Positions 20,301 through 29,264 of a stretch of 64,000 nucleotides of DNA are shown here, in pieces (position 1 is the first letter of the stretch; each line of letters starts with the position of its first letter). The stretch lies in the IMG/VR virus record IMGVR_UViG_3300025120_000019; one strand, written 5' to 3'. The notes under the pieces were generated by a model. It did no database searches and was not told the DNA's origin. It saw only the letters and a program-made list of their open reading frames with translations. Made by a program: the position numbers and the translations under genes. Origin of the DNA: a virus.

Positions 20301-20625
20301 AAAACAGCAGGTTTTACATAAAGAAGAGACCAAAATAGCATTACATAGAATAGCTCTATCAAGTATTGTTGATAATGAATTATTAGATATGCAAATAAAC
20401 ATTAATAAAGTTGGATCAATTAGCATAGATAATAATGGTATTATAGAGAAAGATAACAAAAAAGAAACATATATTGAACTTGATCAAGAGATATTTGAAC
20501 AAATATTAGAAAATGAATTATCTGTTGTTGATGCATTACAGGAAAAAAGTATAACTTATAAAGGTGATATTTTACAAGTTATTAAGTTAAGTCAACAGCT
20601 TGATCGTCAAGAAACACATGAATGA
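17326..20625 (+). CDS. Glycosyltransferase-like tandem-repeat protein (1099 aa) with C-terminal tandem SCP2-like domains
   Basis: Repeated MFWxxxxDV units; terminal GT-A-like unit FDIVFIS...FWVVDGD...YGYGGVKL...AWRSGFRECVKL; two C-terminal segments ending GDFLLEGDADLAM / KSITYKGDILQV. Confidence 0.65.
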   Translation: MKAIDRFNKFSKPLHNGQDQLKNLIFDRYPVLRIDDYCDLDKVYQQNIDSDYVWVVDKNIKVFDSFPWWFKPRSNDIIQIHEFPYVYKESRKIKSWDKVRLVPTKKTQHEPRQHIHICGEYDVYKGNSKFDCFYIGENQDDINSIQQKVPHLQTVKTWQEAQQRSYTDMFWVIWEDVDVRNTFKFSFKPDEWSHDFVHVFGNGDIDQLDGVALFPKNYNITEKELEHRFYVNKKEVRIMASTPKKYERFIIDNYEDYENASRKSTNDMFWGVPSDVEIIEEFDFDYYISHHDKSLRKQNHVFLNKNKYNGVVLFSKHSIVTKKEIAYRFVVNPIETNIVASKPHPIKVFRMNNYADYEKALENSKTHVFLGVPDDVILDKNFNIDEWIAEQKTLDTGTTHLFLNDKHYDGVALFSKSFKVTKKEINHRFLVSNKEHNIIASIPRPYEKFTINNYEDYLQALQDSKTEMFWLIPSDVDVKDDFNFNLYFSHHNKFDKEINHVFLNDKNYDGIALMSKECIATEKEINHRFFINKKEHEVVASTPKPFDKFIIKDYDDYLKAKETSKTGMFWIIYHDINVVEDFNFNMYISHHNQYERKINHVWKNGEYYDGVALVTKNIVLTKHEIDYRFLAIKKEYTEVGSYPSTFDIVFISNGENNADKNYERLTSSYPNAKRVDKVKGIHQAHIEAAKLVDTEMFWVVDGDAELLMDFELDYQIAYYDIDGKRTVYVWRSMNPVNGLVYGYGGVKLLPTNLTLNMDVNTADMTTSISKNFKGIPRMSNITAFNTDSFSAWRSGFRECVKLSSRTINRQKDDETTFRLKSWCSRGQEKEFGAETITGAYEGAKYGIKWKNNPDALKKINDFEWLKKRFKDTYPPKSFDFDLDFLDYSEEESLKAFNPIVSTMFKEIENKLGKNYKFQHGSVKLSVTNVGDLFWDKKGVRVSSEYADTEITTDLKTGLKLLKMEDDSVEMYKRGDFLLEGDADLAMLFFDDLKQQVLHKEETKIALHRIALSSIVDNELLDMQININKVGSISIDNNGIIEKDNKKETYIELDQEIFEQILENELSVVDALQEKSITYKGDILQVIKLSQQLDRQETHE
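18061..19260 (+). repeat. Four tandem 300-nt (100-aa) intragenic repeats starting at 18061, 18361, 18661 and 18961, with more degenerate copies upstream
   Basis: Units begin YERF/IKVF/YEKF/FDKF and share (N/D)Y.DY..A, HVFLN...YDG(V/I)AL, KKEI.HRF motifs at an exact 300-nt period. Confidence 0.9.
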
Positions 20626-21040
20626 GTTTTATTACTGTTTCTAATTTATTATAATTTCTTTTATTTCTTAATGTATTTTGGACACCTTGATGTAGTGGTT
20701 TAGGCCATTGGTTTAATGTTACCCAGCAATACCCATCATGCTCGTCGTTTAACTTTGGTAAAAATTCATTTTGAACAATACAAAGATAGGTATGGAAATT
20801 AAAATGTTGATCACTACTTATAAAAGTTTCTAAAGGAAAAACTTTTTTTATTTTGTTTACTGTGCCTATTTCTTCATTTATTTCTCTACTTAAAGATTCC
20901 CACGGAGATTCTTGATCCTCAGCTGTTCCGCCAACAAGCCCCCACTTGCCTTTGGTTTTTCCTTTTGTTCTATGTAGAAGTAAAAATCTTTCAGTATCTT
21001 GTGCATAAAATAATGCACCACTACAAACTATTTTGTCCAT
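20582..21040 (-). CDS. NUDIX hydrolase
   Basis: Nudix box GGTAEDQESPWESLSREINEEIG. Confidence 0.9.
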   Translation of the reverse strand: MDKIVCSGALFYAQDTERFLLLHRTKGKTKGKWGLVGGTAEDQESPWESLSREINEEIGTVNKIKKVFPLETFISSDQHFNFHTYLCIVQNEFLPKLNDEHDGYCWVTLNQWPKPLHQGVQNTLRNKRNYNKLETVIKLIHVFLDDQAVDLT

Positions 21041-21053
21041 ACAAATAGTTATT

Positions 21054-22796
21054 TTATATTATTAAATCCCAACTTCCTCTTGGATAATATCCATCAACTG
21101 AAAACTGCCAGTAAAAACTATTCCAGTAAAACTGCTGACTTGTGTTTAAGTTTGTTACATAAGTTGGTGTTTTTGTTTGACTAGCATCAAAAATTATTTG
21201 CCATTCAGTACCAGACCATTCACAAATATCTCCAGTATCTGCTACAAAGTCTCGGTCAGTTGTAGATTTCCACGCATCTGCTCCATCTTCGTTTATGTAT
21301 AAAACATACCTTACTTCTTCGCCTGGTCTTGGCATATCGTCTGGCTGTATTTTTAATACTAAACTACCATCAATAGTTTCTTGTGATGTAACATCAGTTT
21401 TACGTATATTATTAATATACAAATCAATATCGTACACTCTATCAGCATCTACTTCTGTTTCTACTCGTGTGGTGCTATTACTTGCGGTAAATATTCTTTC
21501 AATTTGTCCGCCTATGGGTTGTAAAAGTAAAAGTCGAACACCGTTTGCTTTTACAGTAGTAGGATCAAAGTTACGTGGATTAATAATATAATCAACTGTT
21601 CCTGCATTTTTAGTTGGCCCTTGTAAAAGTGTATCTGCTGGTAAAGTATCAACATCGTATGTCAAAACAATCTCTTGTGTATTATTATTAACAAAATCAA
21701 ATGTAGCTACAATAGATGTTAATAATTCAGCTCTTTTTAGTCTTATTTGACTTATTCCTGGTTGGAATTTTGCTGGAGCTTCTGCTTCTAAAACATTTAA
21801 CCAATTTATGTTATTGAGATTTGCCGCATTTTTAGCAAGTTTAGCTAATCGTTTTTCAATTAATATATCAAAATTTCTATAGGTTGCTGTGTTAACATTA
21901 GCTACATTTATATTTCCGTCATTTGAAGTTTTTATAACAGTAGTTCTACTATCTTCAGGGCGTAATCCATCATAAACAACATTACCATCTTCATCGTATT
22001 TTGCTTCTTTTGGTTCATTTGGATTATTACTAACTACTGACCCATCAGGTAATACGACAAATCCGTCTGCAACTTTTGTTTGATCACTTGTATCAGGATT
22101 AAATCCATCTAAAGTTATTGTATTAGCATCTAAATTTAACACACTATTAATTATTTCAGTAATAACACCAAGCTTTTTAACTTTTGTTGGCGGTGAAATA
22201 TAAACAGGAGCAATAAAACTTAATGTAGCAATATCTATTTCTGTTTCTGTTCCCACCGGAATACTTCTGCTACTAAAATTAATATTTTCAAGTTGTAGTA
22301 CAGTTAAACTTGTCCAATCTACATAATTGTCATTTGTTTGGAATTCTAAATCAGGATTAAACATCATAAAAATTTGTTCTAATAGCTGTAATTTTTGTTC
22401 TGTATTAGAACTCCATACATCCACATTTACACCTAAAACATAAGGCGTCGGATGTAATCTTTCTACCGTAAATCCGCTTCCTTGTGTAGTTGAATATGTT
22501 TGACTAGTTTCATCAAATGCACGTTCTTTAATATTAATTTTACTTATAAAACTACTATCACTTAGTCTGCTTCTATCCATTTGCATACTAGTAATATATA
22601 CAGCCATTCTTGGTACAGAAGGCATTTTATTTTCACTATTATCTCTAATAATATTTGCAACTTGTCTTGTCAAATCACCATATGTTACAGGCACTTGACG
22701 TAACTCTTCGTCACCGTCTTTGTAATTAAAATTACTGAAAGCTCTTACAATTTGTGTAAGATACCTTCTTATTTGTCCATCATAAAAATATTGCAT
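21054..22796 (-). CDS. Tail sheath stabiliser / terminator protein (T4 gp15-like) with long C-terminal extension
   Basis: YFYDGQIRRY...VPVTYG...PRM...PTPY...QLLEQI...FNP pattern; synteny with gp13/gp14/gp18. Confidence 0.75.
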   Translation of the reverse strand: MQYFYDGQIRRYLTQIVRAFSNFNYKDGDEELRQVPVTYGDLTRQVANIIRDNSENKMPSVPRMAVYITSMQMDRSRLSDSSFISKINIKERAFDETSQTYSTTQGSGFTVERLHPTPYVLGVNVDVWSSNTEQKLQLLEQIFMMFNPDLEFQTNDNYVDWTSLTVLQLENINFSSRSIPVGTETEIDIATLSFIAPVYISPPTKVKKLGVITEIINSVLNLDANTITLDGFNPDTSDQTKVADGFVVLPDGSVVSNNPNEPKEAKYDEDGNVVYDGLRPEDSRTTVIKTSNDGNINVANVNTATYRNFDILIEKRLAKLAKNAANLNNINWLNVLEAEAPAKFQPGISQIRLKRAELLTSIVATFDFVNNNTQEIVLTYDVDTLPADTLLQGPTKNAGTVDYIINPRNFDPTTVKANGVRLLLLQPIGGQIERIFTASNSTTRVETEVDADRVYDIDLYINNIRKTDVTSQETIDGSLVLKIQPDDMPRPGEEVRYVLYINEDGADAWKSTTDRDFVADTGDICEWSGTEWQIIFDASQTKTPTYVTNLNTSQQFYWNSFYWQFSVDGYYPRGSWDLII

Positions 22797-23950
22797 TAAT
22801 TATCTGCCTTTGGTTTTAATGCTTTACTAAGAGACTGTCTTTCAGTAACTTGTTCGCCGTTGATTGTATTTACAGTAGCATTATTAATAAATGTTCCTTT
22901 TAGAGTATTTTTAACAGTGTCTGGCGTAGTTGTTGTTCGTACAGCATCTTCGACTTTCTTCCAACTATTTCCATTATATCTAAATAGTCTGTTGGGTACA
23001 AAATCTGTACGTAAAAAGTAACTTCCAACACTACTATTTGACGGGAACCCAATTCCCGTTCCAAATGGAGCTCCATTAGGAGGAGTACCATCGCCTACTA
23101 AATATCCTTTATAACCACTTTGAGGAGCAGGATCAATCACGCTTGAAACATCAACATCAAAATCAGCTCGTAGTACATCATCGTCAACAGTCACTATACT
23201 TACTTCTCCGTTAGTATCAACACTTATTGTATAAAAATGTTTTGTATTATAACCAGCTTGTGGAAGATTGTCTTCTGCTTGTGCAACTACTGCATTGTTA
23301 ATCTGCATTTCTGTCTCAAACGTTGATAATACATCTCGTAATGTTTGATCGCTTCCTTCTTCGGAAGGCAAATCAAGTATGTCTTTATATTCTTGTCCAT
23401 CATATATTTGTTTTAGTTTAAGTCTATACAAATGTGGATACCAAGTTTGACTAAAGCCTTCGCTTGCTCTGTTAACATCTTCAACTACATAAAACCTTTT
23501 TAATGCTACTGTTGCATCGTTTAGTGCATATTCGTCTATTAAGTGTGGCAATTCAATAACATCACCACTTATAATTTTTCTCCCTAATGTTTTCACACTA
23601 CTGTTAATATGCACTGTCATAAACAATGTATCGTTTTGTAAAAACAAACCAAATTGAGTTAAATCAAAATCGTTATCTTGAACATTGTAATGTCCTCTAA
23701 TTGAGTAAATATCTTGATCATATTTTCTATCTCTATTTTCTAAAAATAATAAATCTTGAATATTTGATACTGATTCATTTTCATAAATTGGTTTTTCTTT
23801 TGTAGCTTCTTCAGCTGTAGGATTTTTTGTTCCGACATATTTGTGTAAAAGTACATCGGTACCACCAACAGTAAATTGTTCTAGAATAATTCCATCTAGA
23901 AAACTGTAATCTTTTGATTTTTCTGGTCTATATAAACTTAGTCTCGGCAT
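22796..23950 (-). CDS. Neck protein (T4 gp14-like); start refined to ATG at 23950 (MPRLSLYRPE)
   Basis: DLLFLENRDRKY, FGLFLQND, GDVIELPH motifs; adjacent to gp13 and gp15; late promoter 5 nt upstream of the refined start. Confidence 0.65.
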   Translation of the reverse strand: MPRLSLYRPEKSKDYSFLDGIILEQFTVGGTDVLLHKYVGTKNPTAEEATKEKPIYENESVSNIQDLLFLENRDRKYDQDIYSIRGHYNVQDNDFDLTQFGLFLQNDTLFMTVHINSSVKTLGRKIISGDVIELPHLIDEYALNDATVALKRFYVVEDVNRASEGFSQTWYPHLYRLKLKQIYDGQEYKDILDLPSEEGSDQTLRDVLSTFETEMQINNAVVAQAEDNLPQAGYNTKHFYTISVDTNGEVSIVTVDDDVLRADFDVDVSSVIDPAPQSGYKGYLVGDGTPPNGAPFGTGIGFPSNSSVGSYFLRTDFVPNRLFRYNGNSWKKVEDAVRTTTTPDTVKNTLKGTFINNATVNTINGEQVTERQSLSKALKPKADN

Positions 23951-23955
23951 ATGTA

Positions 23956-23972
23956 TATTTATCGTATAAATA
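23956..23972. promoter_or_regulatory. Back-to-back divergent late promoters (minus TAAATA 23956-23961; plus TATAAATA 23965-23972)
   Basis: tatttatcgtataaata lies between the divergent gp14 and gp13 starts. Confidence 0.7.
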
Positions 23973-23988
23973 TATATGGAGAGATTCA

Positions 23989-24759
23989 ATGAACGCAATA
24001 CCTGATCTAACAACAGAAAAACAACAAATATTTGATTATGTGAATGCATTTCTTGGTGGAGGAATGGTTGATGTAGAACTTGATCCTATACATTATGAAA
24101 CTGCTTTATCCAAATCATTAACAAAGTACAGACAGCGAAGTGAAAATAGTGTAGAAGAAAGTTATGCAACTATTACTTTAGTAGAAAGTCAAAATGCCTA
24201 TATCCTACCACAGGAAATTATCGAAGTAAGAAAAATTTTTAGAAGAAGTGTTGGAAGTAGACTAGGAGCAAGTGCCGACGGAGGTAGTTTATTTGAACCT
24301 TTTAATTTAGCATATACTAATACATATTTGCTTGCAGGATCAGGTATAGGCGGATTAGCTACATATGACTTTTTTGCACAACAGCAAGAATTAATTGGAA
24401 GAATGTTTGGTTCATTTATGGAATTCAAATGGAACCCTACAAGTCATAAATTAACTATACTTCAAAGACCAAGAGCCGAAGAAGAAGTTCTTTTACAAGT
24501 TTATAACTATAGACCTGATTTTGAATTATTTGCTGATTATAAAGCCGCACAATGGATTAAAGATTATACACTAGCAGGATGTAAATATATGCTAGGTGAA
24601 GCAAGAAGTAAGTTTAGTACTATAGCTGGCCCTGGCGGCGGAACTACATTAAACGGTGACACACTTAAGGCTGAAGCACAACAGGAAATGGAAAAGCTTG
24701 AACAGGATTTGTTTATGGCAGTAGCAGGTGGTACTGGTTACGGATTTCTAATAGGTTAA
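23989..24759 (+). CDS. Neck protein (T4 gp13-like); start refined to ATG 23989
   Basis: LGGGMVDVEL, WIKDYTLA..K..LGEARSKF, PGGGTTLNG motifs; GGAG SD. Confidence 0.8.
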   Translation: MNAIPDLTTEKQQIFDYVNAFLGGGMVDVELDPIHYETALSKSLTKYRQRSENSVEESYATITLVESQNAYILPQEIIEVRKIFRRSVGSRLGASADGGSLFEPFNLAYTNTYLLAGSGIGGLATYDFFAQQQELIGRMFGSFMEFKWNPTSHKLTILQRPRAEEEVLLQVYNYRPDFELFADYKAAQWIKDYTLAGCKYMLGEARSKFSTIAGPGGGTTLNGDTLKAEAQQEMEKLEQDLFMAVAGGTGYGFLIG

Positions 24760-25028
24760 AGATCTTCGTCATGCACATATAGTTGCATAAGTGCATAATG
24801 TAACACTTTCATAAGATCTTTTCTAGCATCTTCTTTTGTACCTTTTTTGCCATAGCGTTGACCATATTTTAAAACATTTCCAACACAAAACCCAGTACCG
24901 TGTCCACCATCAATTATAAATTCTGTAGCTTGAAATTTATCTTTTGAATAATGAGCACCATAAGTTGTATCTATATATTTTGCAAACTCTTTAATATATT
25001 CATCTTCTTTAAATTTGTATTTTGTCAT
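24756..25028 (-). CDS. DUF3310 / T7 gp1.7-like small protein
   Basis: HY...GFCVGNVLKYxxRYGKK...DLxKxxHY signature; AAGGAG SD before ATG 25028. Confidence 0.75.
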   Translation of the reverse strand: MTKYKFKEDEYIKEFAKYIDTTYGAHYSKDKFQATEFIIDGGHGTGFCVGNVLKYGQRYGKKGTKEDARKDLMKVLHYALMQLYVHDEDL

Positions 25029-25047
25029 AAACAACTCCTTAATTTTT

Positions 25048-25076
25048 ATTTTACACGATTAATTACACTTAGTCAA
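25048..25076 (-). promoter_or_regulatory. sigma70-type promoter TTGACT-17-TAAAAT (minus strand)
   Basis: Reverse complement reads TTGACT aagtgtaattaatcgtg TAAAAT, upstream of the DUF3310-like gene. Confidence 0.6.
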
Positions 25077-25173
25077 TAGAAAAATGCGTGTATTACTGGA
25101 CTAAAATTAATAAAAATAACCAAATCTGCTAAATAATAGTAATAAGAGATTTAGACCCATAGGAGAAATTAAA

Positions 25174-28100
25174 ATGGCATTAACATCACCAGGTGTACAG
25201 GTTAGCGTTATAGATGAGAGTTTTTATACTCCAGCTGAACCAGGTACTACTCCAATCATCTTTGTTGCTACCGCAGAAAATAAACTGAACGGTGCTGGAA
25301 CAGGTATTGCACCTGGAACTACAAAAGCAGGCGCAGGAAAAGTTTATTTGTTATCATCACAAAGAGACTTAGTAGAAACTTTTGGAGATCCAAGCTTTAA
25401 AACGGATGCAAACAATAATCCGATACACGGCGGAGAGCAAAACGAATATGGGCTCCAAGCCGCATATAGCTTCTTAGGTGTAAGTAATAGAGCTTATGTA
25501 GTTAGAGGAGATGTAGATTTAAATGCACTTTCAGCAAGTGCTACAGCTACAACAGCTAATCCAGCTAACGGAACTTGGTGGTTAGATACTAGCACATCAC
25601 TGTTTGGAATTCAACAATGGAATGCCGCCGCAGTAACAACTACTGGCGGACAAACGTTTGGTAATAAGGCTCCTATTGTAATTACAGATTCAACAAAACT
25701 AGTTGGAAATTCAGCTACCGGCGCACCAAAAGGGTCAATTGGTGCAGTAGGTGACTATGCTGTTAGAGCAACTACAACAACAGTAAAAACATATTATAAA
25801 AATACTGCAGGTACATGGGTAGAAGTAGGAAGTGCTCTTTGGAAAAAATCTTGGCCAAGTGTCTCAAGTACATCTGGCGGAACAACAGGTGCAGGTGAGC
25901 AATTCACTATTGCCATTAGTGGAACACCTACTACTATTACAACAAGTAGCACAACATTATCAGCTTTAGCAGGTGACATTAACACAGCCGCTATTACAGG
26001 TATTACAGCGGCAGTTGTAGATAATAAACTAGAAATTTATAATGACGGTACTGGCAGAGACTATATTGCTATTGCTGACGGATCAGGAACACCATTAGCA
26101 GACATAGGTTTAACTGCTGGAACATACTATACTACAGCATTAACTATTGCACCGCATACAAGTGTACCAGAGTATAAATCAGGAGACACAAATCCTAGAC
26201 CTACTGGATCACTATGGATTAAAACAACAAATCCAAACTTAGGTGCAGACTGGAAAGTGCGTAGATGGAATTCAACTACAGAAAAATGGGATCTTTCATC
26301 AGCACCACTTTACACAAATAATGCTACAGCATTAAAAGAATTAGATAAAGCAGGCGGCGGTGCAAATTTAACAGCAAATCAATTGTATGTAAAATATAAT
26401 GCGGCTGATGATGCAACAATATTAGCATCATATTATGTATATTACAGAAAAGAAACTGGTGCAACTACTATTACATCAAGTAAAATTACAGCAACAAGTT
26501 TCTCAGCACAAGCATATGCATTTACTGTAAGTGAATCACTTAAAGATAATGCTACGATGACATCACCAGTTTCAGCATCATTTACTGCAACAGGTGCAAG
26601 CACAGACTCAGACTTAATGGCAACAGCTATTAACAATTTAGGTCTTGTAAATGTAAGTGCAAGTGTTGATAGTCAAAATAGAGTAGTTATACAGCATTCA
26701 TTAGGAGGAGAGATTAACCTAGTTGATACTGATAACGGATTAACACTAGCAGGACTAGTTGCTGGAACAACAGCTAACTTATACTGGCAACCAGGTGAAA
26801 GCGGAAGTAATCCAGAAAAATTAAATGCATCGCTTTGGGCAGGTTTAACATACACTGCGAGTGCGAGTGCACCAACAGCGTTAGCGGCAGACGGTGCCCT
26901 ATGGTATAGCTCAGTTGTAGATGAAATTGATATTATGGTACACAATGGAACTGATTGGGTTGGATACTTATATCAAGGCGGAACTGGAACATCAGCTACA
27001 AGTTCACCGTTCTATAATGCTACACCAGCAAACGCACCAAGTGCGGCAGGGCCAATTGTAAGTGCAACAGAACCAACAGACACAAGTAGGACAGATGGTA
27101 ATGCACTTGTAACAGGAGATATTTGGGTAAGCACAGCAGATCTTGAAAATTATCCTAAGATATACAAATATAACTCAGCACTTACAGTGAACAAATGGGT
27201 ACTACTTGACAACACAGATCAAACTACAGAAAATGGTGTTTTATTTGCAGATGCACGTTGGGCAACAACAGGCGGTAGTGCAAGTACACATACAATAGGT
27301 GCAATCGAAGACATGATGATTAGTGATTATGTTGATCCAGATTGCCCTGATCCAGCTTTATATCCAAAAGGTATGATTTTATGGAACCTACGTAGAAGTG
27401 GATTTAATGTTAAGAAATTTGTAAGAAACAGCATTGACCTTACATTAACAAATACAAGACAAAACGGAGCGTCTATGGCATCATACTATCCACATCGTTG
27501 GGTAACTGAATCAGCTAATAATAACGATGGCTCAGGATCATTTGGTAGACAATCACAGCGTAAAGTTGTTGTTCAAGCATTACAAGCAATGGTTAATAGT
27601 AATGCAGATATTAGAGACGACGAATCAAGAATTTTTAACTTGATAGCAACTCCTGGATATTCAGAACTAATTGGCGAAATGAATAGCTTAAATGCTGATA
27701 GAGGATTAACAGCATTTGTAATTGGTGATTCACCATTTAGATTAGCATCAGATGCAACCACACTTAATAATTGGGCAACAAATGTTGCATTAGCACCAGA
27801 AGATAACGATGACGGACTTGTAACAAGTAATGAATACTTAGGTGTATACTATCCAAGCGGATTTACAAGTGATAATGCAGGTAACAATATTGTTGTACCT
27901 CCAAGTCATATGGTTCTAAGAACTATTGCATTAAATGACCAAGTTGCGTTTCCATGGTTTGCACCAGCAGGTACAAGACGTGGTGGAGTAACTAATGCAA
28001 CTGCAACAGGGTTTATTACAGCAGAAGGTGAATTTAGTAGCATTGCTCTTAATGAAGGACAGCGTGATACGCTTTATGCTAATAATGTAAATCCAATAAC

Positions 28101-28491
28101 ATTCTTAACAGGTGCAGGTTTAGTTGTATTTGGCCAAAAAACTAGAGCGGCTAATGCAAGTTCATTAGATAGAATTAATGTAGCAAGACTTACAGTATAT
28201 CTACGTAGTCAGCTAAACCAACTTGCAAAACCATATTTGTTTGAACCAAATGATAAAATCACCCGTGATGAAATTAAACAAGCAACTGAAAGTTTAATGA
28301 TTGAATTAGTTGGACTTAGAGCATTATATGATTTCTTAGTTGTATGCGACGAAACAAACAATACACCAGCAAGAATTGACAGAAATGAACTTTATGTTGA
28401 TATTGCAGTAGAACCAGTCAAAGCAGTGGAATTTATTTACATTCCGTTGAGATTGAAAAATACAGGAGAGATAGCAAGCTTGGGATCATAA
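25174..28491 (+). CDS. Contractile tail sheath protein (gp18-like), 1105 aa with large insertion
   Basis: SPGVQVSVIDES start, FGDP, PWFAPAG..RG, RDTLY..NVNPI, FGQKT, DRINVARL, FEPND, CDETNNTP..IDRNEL, EFIYI; late promoter at 25130-25135. Confidence 0.95.
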   Translation: MALTSPGVQVSVIDESFYTPAEPGTTPIIFVATAENKLNGAGTGIAPGTTKAGAGKVYLLSSQRDLVETFGDPSFKTDANNNPIHGGEQNEYGLQAAYSFLGVSNRAYVVRGDVDLNALSASATATTANPANGTWWLDTSTSLFGIQQWNAAAVTTTGGQTFGNKAPIVITDSTKLVGNSATGAPKGSIGAVGDYAVRATTTTVKTYYKNTAGTWVEVGSALWKKSWPSVSSTSGGTTGAGEQFTIAISGTPTTITTSSTTLSALAGDINTAAITGITAAVVDNKLEIYNDGTGRDYIAIADGSGTPLADIGLTAGTYYTTALTIAPHTSVPEYKSGDTNPRPTGSLWIKTTNPNLGADWKVRRWNSTTEKWDLSSAPLYTNNATALKELDKAGGGANLTANQLYVKYNAADDATILASYYVYYRKETGATTITSSKITATSFSAQAYAFTVSESLKDNATMTSPVSASFTATGASTDSDLMATAINNLGLVNVSASVDSQNRVVIQHSLGGEINLVDTDNGLTLAGLVAGTTANLYWQPGESGSNPEKLNASLWAGLTYTASASAPTALAADGALWYSSVVDEIDIMVHNGTDWVGYLYQGGTGTSATSSPFYNATPANAPSAAGPIVSATEPTDTSRTDGNALVTGDIWVSTADLENYPKIYKYNSALTVNKWVLLDNTDQTTENGVLFADARWATTGGSASTHTIGAIEDMMISDYVDPDCPDPALYPKGMILWNLRRSGFNVKKFVRNSIDLTLTNTRQNGASMASYYPHRWVTESANNNDGSGSFGRQSQRKVVVQALQAMVNSNADIRDDESRIFNLIATPGYSELIGEMNSLNADRGLTAFVIGDSPFRLASDATTLNNWATNVALAPEDNDDGLVTSNEYLGVYYPSGFTSDNAGNNIVVPPSHMVLRTIALNDQVAFPWFAPAGTRRGGVTNATATGFITAEGEFSSIALNEGQRDTLYANNVNPITFLTGAGLVVFGQKTRAANASSLDRINVARLTVYLRSQLNQLAKPYLFEPNDKITRDEIKQATESLMIELVGLRALYDFLVVCDETNNTPARIDRNELYVDIAVEPVKAVEFIYIPLRLKNTGEIASLGS

Positions 28492-28552
28492 AGTAGGGTG
28501 TTAATGAATTAACATTTAAATATGATAAATACTTGCAAATAGGAGTACAAAT

Positions 28553-29179
28553 ATGGCAATCTCAACACTAACAAATATTACGGTACCTTTAGCAAACGAC
28601 ACTAGTGCAAGCAGTCAAGGCTTGCTTATGCCGAAGCTACAATACCGTTTTAGAATTACATTAGAAAATTTTGGTGTATCTAACGAAACACAAGAATTAA
28701 CAAAACAGGTAATTGATGCTTCAAGGCCTACAGTTTCATTTGAAAACCAAGAACTTCATGTTTATGGTAGTAAAGTAAATATTGCAGGTAAGCATACTTG
28801 GAATGAAATTACTGTAAATTTACGTGATGATGTAAACGGTAATGTTCAAAAATTAGTTGGCGAACAGCTACAGAAGCAATTTGATTTCTTCGAACAAGCT
28901 AGTGCCGCATCAGGTATTGATTATAAGTTTTTACAAAGGCTAGAAATACTAGATGGTGGTAACGGTGTAAACACACCAAATGTTTTAGAAACTTGGGAAA
29001 TATACGGAGCATATTTAACCTCAGTAGATTATGGTTCAGTAGCATACGCTAATAGTGATCCTGTTACAGTCTCACTTACAATAATGTATGATAACGCTGT
29101 ACAAACTCCAATAGGAAATGGAGTTGGTGCAACTGTTGCAAGAAATGTAAGCGTAGCCGCAACAGGTGGCGGAACTTAA
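28553..29179 (+). CDS. Tail tube protein (gp19-like)
   Basis: Follows the sheath gene; AGKHTWNEITVNLRDD, WEIYGAY...YG motifs; late promoter 28526-28531 and AGGAG SD. Confidence 0.85.
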   Translation: MAISTLTNITVPLANDTSASSQGLLMPKLQYRFRITLENFGVSNETQELTKQVIDASRPTVSFENQELHVYGSKVNIAGKHTWNEITVNLRDDVNGNVQKLVGEQLQKQFDFFEQASAASGIDYKFLQRLEILDGGNGVNTPNVLETWEIYGAYLTSVDYGSVAYANSDPVTVSLTIMYDNAVQTPIGNGVGATVARNVSVAATGGGT

Positions 29180-29202
29180 TAAAACAATTTAGAGATTGTT
29201 AT

Positions 29203-29234
29203 GAAAGGAGCCTTGAGCTCCTTTCGTTGTTTTA
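29203..29234 (+). terminator. Intrinsic terminator after tail tube gene
   Basis: Perfect 9-bp stem gaaaggagc-cttga-gctcctttc followed by a T-rich tract. Confidence 0.8.
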
Positions 29235-29264
29235 TACGTATATAAATCAAGTGATAAATACTAT

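Noticed and set aside
23914-24049. Apparent head-to-head overlap of gp13 and gp14 in the ORF track
   Set aside because: Artefact of longest-ORF starts; plausible starts are 23950 (-) and 23989 (+), flanking paired late promoters.
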